Shown: positions 26,404 to 35,135 of the stretch, piece after piece
Layout: each line of letters begins with the position of its first letter
Position numbering within the stretch: position 1 is the first letter of the stretch
Notes under the pieces: generated by a model
Told to the model about the DNA's origin: nothing
The model's database searches: none
The model's input: only the letters and a program-made list of their open reading frames with translations
Position numbers and translations under genes: made by a program
Source of the DNA: an uncultured Gammaproteobacteria bacterium
Lineage (GTDB): Bacteria > Patescibacteriota > Patescibacteriia > UBA1558 > UBA10009
Direction of reading: 5' to 3'
Assembly (NCBI GenBank): GCA_964588165.1
Contig: CAZPMS010000002.1
Span: 15,951-79,950 of the forward strand
DNA length: 64,000 bases

Positions 26404-26555
26404 TTTATTCTGAAGCTTCTTCAGTACTACCTTCTTCAGCAGCAGGAGCTTCTTCAGCAGGAGCTTCAACTGGAGTTTCTTCAGTAGTAGCTTCTTCAGT
26501 AGCAGGAGCATCAGTAGTTTCGTCTGCTACTGGGTTTGTTGTTTCGTCTTGCATG
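26404..26555 (-). CDS. Small acidic, low-complexity protein (50 aa: MQDETTNPVADETTDAPATEEATTEETPVEAPAEEAPAAEEGSTEEASE).
   Basis: It has its own TTGACA-17-TATCAT promoter (reverse complement of about 26600-26640). The terminator sits directly after its stop. It is below the 60-aa ORF-track cut-off. Confidence 0.35.
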
Positions 26556-26699
26556 TTATTACAAGCTTTCTTTTGCCAAAAAACCCGAAAGTTTTAAGGC
26601 AATTACTCATTTTTTAACTTGATTAGTATGATATCAAAAAGTCAATTTTATGTCAAGGCCTTATGTTAATTAAATGTTGACAACAAAAAGTTGGCTATT

Positions 26700-28433
26700 T
26701 TATTCGGCAACTCTAAAAACTTCTTCTATACTGGTAATGCCGTCTTTGGCTTTTAATAAACCATCTTGGACCATGGTTACCATGCCATTTTTTACGGCAA
26801 TTTCTTGGATAGTTGATTCAGAAACCTTCCCCGAGAGAATAATTTTTTCTATTTCAGCAGACATGGACATAATTTCATAAATGCCGATTCGCCCTTTGTA
26901 GCCTAATTTATGGCAGAATGTACAGCCAGTTGATTTATAAAATTTAAGATTATTTAGATCTCCTTCATCTAGGCGTTCGGCTGATTTAATTGGAATTTTA
27001 GAAAGTATATTTAAAATTTTGGTCATTGTATCATTATCAATCTTATCTTCCACTTTGCATTTGGCACATAATTTTCTAACCAGCCTTTGGCCAACAATGG
27101 CATTTAAAGCTGGAGCTAATAAAAAAGGTTTTACACCCATAGATAAAAATCGGGGGATAGCTCCAGAAGCGCTATTGGTATGAATAGTTGAAATAACCAG
27201 ATGCCCGGTTAAAGCGGCATTAATGGTAACGTCGGCAGTTTCTAGGTCCCTAATTTCTCCTACCATTACTATATCCGGATCTTGCCTTAAAACAGACCTT
27301 AGGCCTTTAGCAAAATTATAATCTTTATGATGATCAATCTGGCTTTGATTAATGCCTTCTAATTTATATTCTATAGGATCTTCCAAGGTTATAATTTTTG
27401 TTTCAGGATCATTAAGTTTATTTAAAATAGCGTATAGGGTTGTGGTTTTGCCACTGCCAGTAGGGCCGGTGGTGACAATCATTCCGTTGGGCCTATCTAT
27501 TTCGTGTTTTAAATCTACAAAAGATTTTCCCCTTAAGCCTAACTGGTCAAACTGCAAGCCCATGTTGGAAAATCTTAAAAGCCTCATTACTACACTTTCA
27601 CCATAGGCCGTAGGAATGGTAGAAACCCTGACATCAATCCTATCCTTAGAAAGGAAAATGGTAAATCGGCCGTCTTGGGGCTTAGCGGTAATGTTAAGCT
27701 TTAAACCGGAAATTAGTTTAACTCTGGAAATAATTTTATTCCATCTTTCGGGTGATATTTTAGCAACCGTATGCAAAACTCCGTCTACCCTAAAACGGAT
27801 CTTGATATCTTTTTCTTCAGCCTCAATATGAATATCAGAAGATTCGGTTTTTAGGGCAGCGGCAATAACTAAAGTTACCAGGCCGCTGATATTTACTCTG
27901 TCTATTTGTTCTTGGAGTTGTTCAAACGAATCTATTTCTACTTGGTATTTATTTATATCATCTTCATTTATTTCCACTCCCTTAACAACTTCTTTTATTT
28001 TAGGGATTTTTTCGTAAAGCTTAAAGGCCTGATTAAAGCTATTTTGTGAAATTAGATAAGTATTAACATTAGCCTTAAATTTTTTGGCCAACTCCGAAGC
28101 CAAAGTTTTTACTAATGGAGTTTGGGGATTAGTTGAGCCTAATCTTAATTCGGAGCTGGAATAAAAAAAGCAGACAGCTTTTAAATCTTCAGATTTTTTT
28201 TGATCAACTAAACCAATAGCTTCGGTAGAAACCGGAAAACCATCAAGATTAATATAAGGAATGCCTAATTGAGTAGCTTTGTTTTCAGTAACCCTTTCTA
28301 GGTTATTAAGATTAATTTCTGCCATTTTATCCTCCAGCTTTTGTGCTGTTTCGTCAGAGGCTACCTGGGGAGTTTTCCCGCCAGGACCGGCTGAATTTTT
28401 TCCTAGGAGATCATTTATATTTTGGTCAGTCAT
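26700..28433 (-). CDS. pilB: Type IV pilus / type II secretion assembly ATPase (PilB/GspE family).
   Basis: Walker A GPTGSGKTTTLYA. Asp box and His box regions. N-terminal GSPII_E-like domain. C-terminal Cys4 (CAKCK...CTFCHKLGYKGR). Confidence 0.85.
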   Translation of the reverse strand: MTDQNINDLLGKNSAGPGGKTPQVASDETAQKLEDKMAEINLNNLERVTENKATQLGIPYINLDGFPVSTEAIGLVDQKKSEDLKAVCFFYSSSELRLGSTNPQTPLVKTLASELAKKFKANVNTYLISQNSFNQAFKLYEKIPKIKEVVKGVEINEDDINKYQVEIDSFEQLQEQIDRVNISGLVTLVIAAALKTESSDIHIEAEEKDIKIRFRVDGVLHTVAKISPERWNKIISRVKLISGLKLNITAKPQDGRFTIFLSKDRIDVRVSTIPTAYGESVVMRLLRFSNMGLQFDQLGLRGKSFVDLKHEIDRPNGMIVTTGPTGSGKTTTLYAILNKLNDPETKIITLEDPIEYKLEGINQSQIDHHKDYNFAKGLRSVLRQDPDIVMVGEIRDLETADVTINAALTGHLVISTIHTNSASGAIPRFLSMGVKPFLLAPALNAIVGQRLVRKLCAKCKVEDKIDNDTMTKILNILSKIPIKSAERLDEGDLNNLKFYKSTGCTFCHKLGYKGRIGIYEIMSMSAEIEKIILSGKVSESTIQEIAVKNGMVTMVQDGLLKAKDGITSIEEVFRVAE

Positions 28434-28586
28434 ATATTAGATATTGTACCCCGCACTACTTATAAATTCAAGTGAAATAATGTTTTAGAATAAAGTTAAC
28501 AGATGCGGGGCATGTTTTATTATCAATAAAAAAAATAAAAACGAGACTATTGGAGCCACGTTTTTTTAAATAAGAATTTTATTCAA

Positions 28587-29576
28587 CTAAATATTTTTTT
28601 TCTTAAATTTTTCCGGCATGGTGGCTACCCACCTGACAATTTTACTGTAAACTTTAGCGCCACTTGTTAATTTTAGGTATAAAAGCGTCCAGGAGCTAAT
28701 TTGGAAAGTGGCTAGCAGGGCGCCAACAAATACAGAAGCTATTAACAGAAGGGTTAAGCTAATATATATAAGGCTGTTAAACAGAGAAGGCGAGGAGATA
28801 GTATAAACAATTCCAAAAAAGAAGAAAGGAGCAAATAAAATTAGCGAAAATAAAACAAAGCCTAGGCCAATTACAATATTAATAACAAAAATAACAAAAG
28901 CCATCTCTAAACTAATCAGCCAGTTATTTGAGAATAAGCGCCAGCCTTTTTTAAATGAAGCCCATAGCTGTTCATTTTTTAAAACAACTTCGGCGCTAGC
29001 ATATTTGGTAATTAATGAAACAATAATAGTAAGAGGAATAAAAATAAGGAATGTAAGTAAGATTACTAAAAAGTTTCCAGCACTGTTATTTTGGGCAAAG
29101 GTGGCCAGCATCAGTGGAGCTAAAATTAAAATTAAAATTCCGTAAACAATTACTTTGGCAATAATATTCAAGCCTAAGATAGGCCAGAATTTTTTACTTC
29201 CTTCTTTAATAAGTATTCTAGCTTTAAACCTTTCTTCCTTGTCAGCGGCGGCTGCTCCTTTAATTAAGCCGGCCAACGATGAAATTACCAGCCATAAAAA
29301 AGCAATCAGAATTATTAATGAAATAAGCAGAGATAGAGATACCAATAAAACTTTACCACTATTTAGATCCAGAGTTGGCAAGAAAGCATTTAAATTATTT
29401 TTCCAAACTAAAATAGTGTCAGACTGGTAGCTGACATCATTCATTTGTTTAAATAGGACTTGGTATTCTCCGCCATTGCCTAAAAAGGCAGCAAAAATTC
29501 CCAGTGGCCAGAGATAACGGAATTTTCTGGTTATAAGCCAGGCTTTTTTTAGAATTTGGCGATATAAACTAGTCAT
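28587..29576 (-). CDS. Polytopic membrane protein (GPDPase_memb/DUF975-like architecture).
   Basis: About 7 TM helices. No GspF/PilC motifs. Confidence 0.45.
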   Translation of the reverse strand: MTSLYRQILKKAWLITRKFRYLWPLGIFAAFLGNGGEYQVLFKQMNDVSYQSDTILVWKNNLNAFLPTLDLNSGKVLLVSLSLLISLIILIAFLWLVISSLAGLIKGAAAADKEERFKARILIKEGSKKFWPILGLNIIAKVIVYGILILILAPLMLATFAQNNSAGNFLVILLTFLIFIPLTIIVSLITKYASAEVVLKNEQLWASFKKGWRLFSNNWLISLEMAFVIFVINIVIGLGFVLFSLILFAPFFFFGIVYTISSPSLFNSLIYISLTLLLIASVFVGALLATFQISSWTLLYLKLTSGAKVYSKIVRWVATMPEKFKKKNI

Positions 29577-29678
29577 GGGGGTAGCTAGTTAATTTTAAAT
29601 TTCGAATTTTAAATTTCGAAAGAATTTCAAATTATTTTAAAATTTGTAATTTATAATTAAAAATTCATCTATATTATA

Positions 29679-31496
29679 CTATTTTTTGAATAGAGCAGCA
29701 AACTCTTCCTTTTCAATAGTTTCTTTTTCTAAAAGTTCGTTAGCAATAGTATCTAAGGTATTTTTATTTTTTGTTATGAGTTCTTTAGCAGTTTTTACAG
29801 CTCCATCTATTAATTTAGATATTTCTTTATCTATAGTTTCGGCAGTTTTTTCGCTATAGTCTCTGCGTTCATGAATTTCTTTGCCCAAAAAGATCATTTC
29901 TTCTTTATCACCAAATGTTCTGGGGCCTAGGGTTTCGTTCATGCCATATTGAGTGATTAGCTGTTTGGTTAGCTGGGTAGCATGTTTAAGGTCATTGCCA
30001 GCTCCGGTGGTAATATCTGAAAAAATTTCTTTTTCTGCTGTTAGACCGGCCAAAAGAACTGCAAGTTCATCTATGAATTCACTTTTAGTTTTAAAATGCT
30101 TATCTTCCGAAGGAAGCTTCATGGTGTAACCGGCTGCCCTGCCTCTGGAAATAATAGAAATTTTATGGACCGGGTCAGCGTGGGGCAAAAGGTGGGCTAC
30201 CAAAGCATGGCCGGCTTCGTGATAGGCCGTGATTTTCTTTTCTTTTTCAGAGAAAATTCGGCTTTTTCTTTCCGGCCCTAACATTACTTTTTCTACACTT
30301 TCTGTAAGCTCGGCCTGGCCGATTTTTTTCTTGTTGCGCCTAGCTGTTAAAATGGCAGCTTCGTTTAAAACATTGGCCAGATCTGCTCCAGAAAAGCCCG
30401 GGGTTCTTTGGGCAACAATTTTTAAGGATATATCTGCTTCAAGAGGTTTATTTTTTACATGGATTTTTAAAATTTCTTCCCGCTCGCTAATATCTGGCAG
30501 GTCAATTATTACTTGCCTATCAAACCTGCCTGGCCTTCTAAGGGCCGGATCTAAAACATCAGGCCTATTAGTAGCAGCCATAACAATCACATTGGTATCA
30601 GTTTCAAAGCCGTCCATTTCTACCAGGATTTGATTTAAAGTTTGCTCCCTTTCATCATGGGAACCGCCCAAGCCGGCGCCTCTTTGCCTGCCTACGGCAT
30701 CAATTTCATCTATAAAAACAATACAAGGAGCGGCCTTTTTAGCTTTTTTAAATAAGTCCCTTACTCTGGAAGCGCCGACACCCACAAACATTTCTACAAA
30801 TTCCGAACCGGAAATATGGAAGAAAGGAACCTTGGCTTCACCGGCAACGGCCCTAGCCATTAAGGTTTTACCAGTTCCAGGAGCGCCAAGCAGTAAAACA
30901 CCTTTAGGGATTTTAGCTCCAATACTTAAGAATTTTTGAGGGCTCTTTAAAAATTCCACCACCTCGGTAAGCTCCTCCTTGGCTTCTTTGGCGCCGGCCA
31001 CATCAACAAAAGTGGTTTTATTTTTAGGATCAGAAGTAAACATTTTAGCTGAAGACTGGCCAAATGACATAGCCCGGCTATTGGCTCCTTGCACCTGCCT
31101 CATCATAATCCATATAAAAACTCCAATTAAAAGCAGGGGAATTAAAAAAGGCAAAAGAGTCGTCATCCAAACACTTAAGGAAGAGTCTTCTTTAATATTA
31201 ATATCCAACTGCTGTAATTTTTCAGCTTCAATACTATAGTTAGCCAAAAGTTCTGATAAAGATTCTGCAGGTTCCTTTAGGGTAGTTTTTTGGCTGTCGT
31301 CATTTAAAGTTAGATTTATTTTTTCACCTTCAACTTCCAGTAATTTAACTTGGTTATCGTTAATCAGCTGGACCATTTTGCCTAAACTTATTTTTTCCGG
31401 CTGGTTAACATTAGAGTTATATAAGCTAAAAATACTGGCAATGGCAATAAAAATAATGAAGAAAATTAGAAAGTTTTTAAATAGTGAGTTTTTCAT
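29679..31496 (-). CDS. ftsH: ATP-dependent zinc metalloprotease FtsH
   Basis: AAA Walker [19 protein letters not shown] zinc motif. N-terminal TMs. Confidence 0.9.
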   Translation of the reverse strand: MKNSLFKNFLIFFIIFIAIASIFSLYNSNVNQPEKISLGKMVQLINDNQVKLLEVEGEKINLTLNDDSQKTTLKEPAESLSELLANYSIEAEKLQQLDINIKEDSSLSVWMTTLLPFLIPLLLIGVFIWIMMRQVQGANSRAMSFGQSSAKMFTSDPKNKTTFVDVAGAKEAKEELTEVVEFLKSPQKFLSIGAKIPKGVLLLGAPGTGKTLMARAVAGEAKVPFFHISGSEFVEMFVGVGASRVRDLFKKAKKAAPCIVFIDEIDAVGRQRGAGLGGSHDEREQTLNQILVEMDGFETDTNVIVMAATNRPDVLDPALRRPGRFDRQVIIDLPDISEREEILKIHVKNKPLEADISLKIVAQRTPGFSGADLANVLNEAAILTARRNKKKIGQAELTESVEKVMLGPERKSRIFSEKEKKITAYHEAGHALVAHLLPHADPVHKISIISRGRAAGYTMKLPSEDKHFKTKSEFIDELAVLLAGLTAEKEIFSDITTGAGNDLKHATQLTKQLITQYGMNETLGPRTFGDKEEMIFLGKEIHERRDYSEKTAETIDKEISKLIDGAVKTAKELITKNKNTLDTIANELLEKETIEKEEFAALFKK

Positions 31497-31716
31497 TTTT
31501 AGGTAGTTAGTTAATTTTTTTTACTACTAATTACGAATAAATACGAATATACTAATCTACAAATATAAATTATTCAGATTAACAAAGTTTAATTATTTGT
31601 ATATTAGTACAAATTCGTAATTCGTAGAATTTAAAGTAGTGTTGATTATAAAAGATTAAGCTAATTTTGACAAGTATCAAAAAAGACCTACATTCAGCAG
31701 GCCTTTTTATATAAAA

Positions 31717-32922
31717 TTATTTTTCTTCTTTTTTTTCTTCGGCTGGTTTTTCTTCTTTAACTTCAGCAGGTTTTTCTTCGGGTTTATCTTTTTTTTCTTC
31801 TGCTTCTTCCTTTTTATCATCAGCAGGTTTTTCCTTAGCCGGTTTTTCTAAAGATAGGCCTAAGCGGTGGTTTTTTGATTCAATAGAGATGATATAGAAA
31901 TCATGGTCTTCACCTTCTTTTATTTTATCTTTATTGCCTTTTTCAGCAAGTTCGGAAATATGGATTAAGCCATGGATATCTTTATCCAGCTCTACAAAAG
32001 CGCCAAACGGATTTAATTTTAAAACCTTACCGTTAACCTTTTGTCCGAGTTTATATTTTTTGGCTACATTTTTCCAAGGGTCTTCTATTAACTTTTTCAT
32101 AGAAAGAGAGACTCGGGAATCATCAATGGAAATAATTTCAGCTTTTATTTTATCACCTACTTTTACTATCTGTTTAGGATTATCAATTCTTTGCCAGGCA
32201 AGTTCGGAAATATGAATTAAGCCTTCCAGATTATCATCAAATTCTACAAAAGCGCCAAAATCTACTACACCGGTAATCTTGCCTTCAATTACATTACCTA
32301 TTTTATATTTAGACAGGGATTTATTTTGTTTTTCTTCCCAAGCGGCTTTTTCTGAAACAATTAGTTTTTCCTCATTTTCATTAATATCTATTATTTTAAC
32401 TTTAAAGGTTGTTCCGATAAATTTTTTTAAGGCAACTAAAATCTTGCTTTTATCACCGCCTTCAACTCGGGGATAATTTTCGGTAGCCAGCTGGGAAACT
32501 GGCAAAAAGCCGATTACATTGCCAACTTTAACCATTAAGCCGCCTTTGTTTGCATCCATAATAACAGCTCCGGTGATTTCTTTAGATTTAAGTAATTGTT
32601 CAAGCCTGTCCCAAGCTTTTTGGTGGCCGGCATATCTAAAAGAAAGTTCCATCTGGCCGTTTTCGTTTTCTAGCTCCAAAGCGGTGGCTGAAACTTTATC
32701 ACCAACCTTAACATCGGAATATTCTCCGGATTCGTCATAAATTTCTTTGCCTCTTACAACACCGGTAGTTAAACCGTCTATATCTAAAGCAACTTCATTT
32801 TTAGAAACCGAAATAACTTTCCCTTCGATAAGTTCACCTATTTTAGGCACGGCCCTGGCTTCGCCATTAAGCAGAAGTTCATCCATGGGGCTTTTGCCTT
32901 TAGTTTTAACTATAGTTTTCAT
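31717..32922 (-). CDS. rpsA: 30S ribosomal protein S1-like protein (4 S1 domains) with a C-terminal K/E/P-rich tail.
   Basis: Repeated S1 motifs (GxV..i...GaFVel..gi.GLiHiSEl). Tail KPAKEKPADDKKEEAEEKKDKPEEK. Confidence 0.75.
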   Translation of the reverse strand: MKTIVKTKGKSPMDELLLNGEARAVPKIGELIEGKVISVSKNEVALDIDGLTTGVVRGKEIYDESGEYSDVKVGDKVSATALELENENGQMELSFRYAGHQKAWDRLEQLLKSKEITGAVIMDANKGGLMVKVGNVIGFLPVSQLATENYPRVEGGDKSKILVALKKFIGTTFKVKIIDINENEEKLIVSEKAAWEEKQNKSLSKYKIGNVIEGKITGVVDFGAFVEFDDNLEGLIHISELAWQRIDNPKQIVKVGDKIKAEIISIDDSRVSLSMKKLIEDPWKNVAKKYKLGQKVNGKVLKLNPFGAFVELDKDIHGLIHISELAEKGNKDKIKEGEDHDFYIISIESKNHRLGLSLEKPAKEKPADDKKEEAEEKKDKPEEKPAEVKEEKPAEEKKEEK

Positions 32923-32940
32923 AAAATATAATTTTATATT

Positions 32941-32998
32941 AGCTCCTCGGCTCGTAAATATAAAAGTAAATTTTCATATTTACTCGCTTTACGTCGCA
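32941..32998. repeat. Repeat family E copy, about 55 bp: 'cctcggctcg.aaata.aaagtaaa...ctcgct.tacgtc', just upstream of the S1 gene start.
   Basis: A second copy lies at 44576-44631, immediately upstream of the queA start codon. Confidence 0.6.
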
Positions 32999-33254
32999 AA
33001 TAAAAAAAATCTTCTAGCCTTCTCGAGCCGTGCTCGACATGAAAGCCCTCCCGGACCCTCTAAATTACGGGAGGTTAGCTTATGAGGGTCGCTTGGGATT
33101 ATAGTTTATTGCTTTATTTTTGTCAATATTACTAATTTCACTAAGGCTCATAGATGTTACACTAATAACGCACTAATATTTGTGCGTTATCTGCGGGTAA
33201 TTAGTGAGCATTAGCGCATTTGTGAACTATCAGTGATTATCATATAATTAAAAT

Positions 33255-33884
33255 ATGCCCGATAAAGTAAATATTAAAAGATTAGTTGGCAATATAGCTA
33301 AGCGGTCTAGAACCAGAGGTTTAACTACTTTAGCTTTTAAAAATAAGGTAAAAAGTGCCTTGCAAGAAGGCGGTTTTAGCCAAAAAAAGGCTGGTCGGAT
33401 TGCTACCAGCTTAAAAAGCGGCAGTACTGAATTAACGGCCAAGGAGTCGGCAAAGGTCATTAAAGTCTTAAAAAAAGCCAAAGTGTTAAAAGGCCAAATT
33501 AAAGATATCAGAGGCGAAGTGAGTGATTTTTTAAAGGCTGATAGAGGGAGGTCTGGAGAAAGCCAGCAAAGCGAAAGGGCAAAAAAGGCTGAAATTAGAA
33601 GAAGGCTACGAGAAAGATCCAGAGAAGACGAAGAAAATATTAAAGCCTCAAGGGGGCCCAAAGGAGCTAAGCCCAGCAAAAATAATAAAAGCTCTAATGG
33701 GCAAAGTTCGGCAGCCTTATCTTCTGGGTATATTGGGGCTGAAACTGAAGTTATAAAATCTTCACCACGCCAGATGTTTGAACCAAGAATTGATGAACCA
33801 AAAGAGGCTTTTTTGCCCCAAAAAGACAAGGAAATAGAGTCATTGGTAAGCGAGGCCGAAGAACAAGATTTGCCCTTGGATTAA
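33255..33884 (+). CDS. Lys/Ser/Glu-rich low-complexity basic protein
   Basis: 209 aa. Basic N-terminal half and acidic C-terminus. The overlapping minus-strand ORF 33248..33829 is L/S-rich, typical of an antisense artefact. Confidence 0.4.
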   Translation: MPDKVNIKRLVGNIAKRSRTRGLTTLAFKNKVKSALQEGGFSQKKAGRIATSLKSGSTELTAKESAKVIKVLKKAKVLKGQIKDIRGEVSDFLKADRGRSGESQQSERAKKAEIRRRLRERSREDEENIKASRGPKGAKPSKNNKSSNGQSSAALSSGYIGAETEVIKSSPRQMFEPRIDEPKEAFLPQKDKEIESLVSEAEEQDLPLD

Positions 33885-33960
33885 GGCAAATTTTGCCTTT
33901 ACAGGAAAGCTATTTTATGATATTCTAATGGGGAATTTAACCCCTACTTTAGTATAAATT

Positions 33961-34572
33961 ATGATAATAAATTGGTTTGGCTTAACTACTTTTAGAATTC
34001 AGGAAAACGGCACTTCTTTACTTTTTGATCCGCCAGCAGAGAATGTCGGTTTAAAATTACCCCGGATGCAAAATGATGTTATTTTATATACCCACCCAGA
34101 AAATATTAAAAAAAAGGATAACAGTTTTATCATTGCAAATCCTGGTGAGTATGAAATAAAAGGAGTTTTTGTTTACGGAATTCCTGCAAATGGAGAAGTG
34201 GGAACCCAGAAATCCATTTATTTAATTGAGATAGATGGAGTGAGATTGGCTCATTTAGGCACACTAAAGCAGGCTAAACTAAGCCAGTCGCAATTAGAAA
34301 GGCTGGAAGGAATAGATATTTTGCTTTTGCCAGTTGGTGGTGGAGATGCTTTAGGCGCCAAGCAGGCAGCTGAAGTAATTAGCCAGCTTGAACCCAGAGT
34401 AGTTGTTCCGATGAATTATAAAACCCCCGGTGTTAAAATAAAATTAGATATTTTGGATGTATTTAAAAAGGAAGTTAGTGCTAAATTTGAAACTGTAGAT
34501 AAATTAAGGATAAGCCGTAAAGATTTACCCGAAGAAGAAACCCGATTTATTGTTTTGGAGCCGACTAAATAA
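33961..34572 (+). CDS. MBL-fold metal-dependent hydrolase (UPF0173/Lactamase_B_3-like).
   Basis: MIINWFGLTTFRIQENGTSLLFDP...ILYTHPE...HLGTL...GGGDALGAKQAAEV. Confidence 0.55.
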   Translation: MIINWFGLTTFRIQENGTSLLFDPPAENVGLKLPRMQNDVILYTHPENIKKKDNSFIIANPGEYEIKGVFVYGIPANGEVGTQKSIYLIEIDGVRLAHLGTLKQAKLSQSQLERLEGIDILLLPVGGGDALGAKQAAEVISQLEPRVVVPMNYKTPGVKIKLDILDVFKKEVSAKFETVDKLRISRKDLPEEETRFIVLEPTK

Positions 34573-34575
34573 AGT

Positions 34576-34941
34576 TTGGATATGAAACAGCCAGAGCAAA
34601 AGAAAATTATGTGGGTTTATATTGCTGTTCTTTTTATAACCATTATGGTTATCTGGAGCTTCTTTTTTTCTCAGGAACTAAAAAAGGCAACCAAAAATAA
34701 CGTTTTAAATACTAAAGAAGGTTTAGGGTCAATATTGTCGAATTTTAAGAATTCTATTTCCCAAGGAAGCTATTTAATTGATCAGATAAATAAAGATATA
34801 CAGAGTGTAGATTTAAATAAAGAAGAAATTCAAGAAATCCCGGCAGAAGAAGTAACTGCCGACCAAAAAGAAGCCCTTTTAGATAAAGCCAAAGAAAAAA
34901 TAGAGGCTAGCCTCGATTTTTACGAGTCGGAGCTGGAGTAA
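34576..34941 (+). CDS. Hypothetical membrane-anchored coiled-coil protein
   Basis: N-terminal TM segment and an acidic coiled-coil C-terminus. Confidence 0.4.
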   Translation: MDMKQPEQKKIMWVYIAVLFITIMVIWSFFFSQELKKATKNNVLNTKEGLGSILSNFKNSISQGSYLIDQINKDIQSVDLNKEEIQEIPAEEVTADQKEALLDKAKEKIEASLDFYESELE

Positions 34942-35135
34942 AAAGTGGTTGAATAATATAATTATTTAAATAAAATTATGAAGTCAAAACATGTAAGTCC
35001 ATTAGTTATCATCGCTTTAACTGTGTGTACTTTTGCAGTTTTAGTGACTGTTTTAACTTTAGCTTATTAGACTGAAAATTTAAAATTAACCTTTAAGTTG
35101 TACAACTTAGATATTTTTAAGTCTACATTTTTTAT

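Noticed and set aside
28587-29576. Membrane protein next to pilB as PilC/GspF
   Set aside because: The topology (about 7 closely spaced TMs, no large cytoplasmic GspF domains) and the sequence do not fit a platform protein.
33248-33829. 193-aa minus-strand ORF overlapping the Lys-rich plus-strand ORF
   Set aside because: Its L/S/F-rich composition is the typical antisense shadow of a K/E-rich coding strand. It has no RBS.
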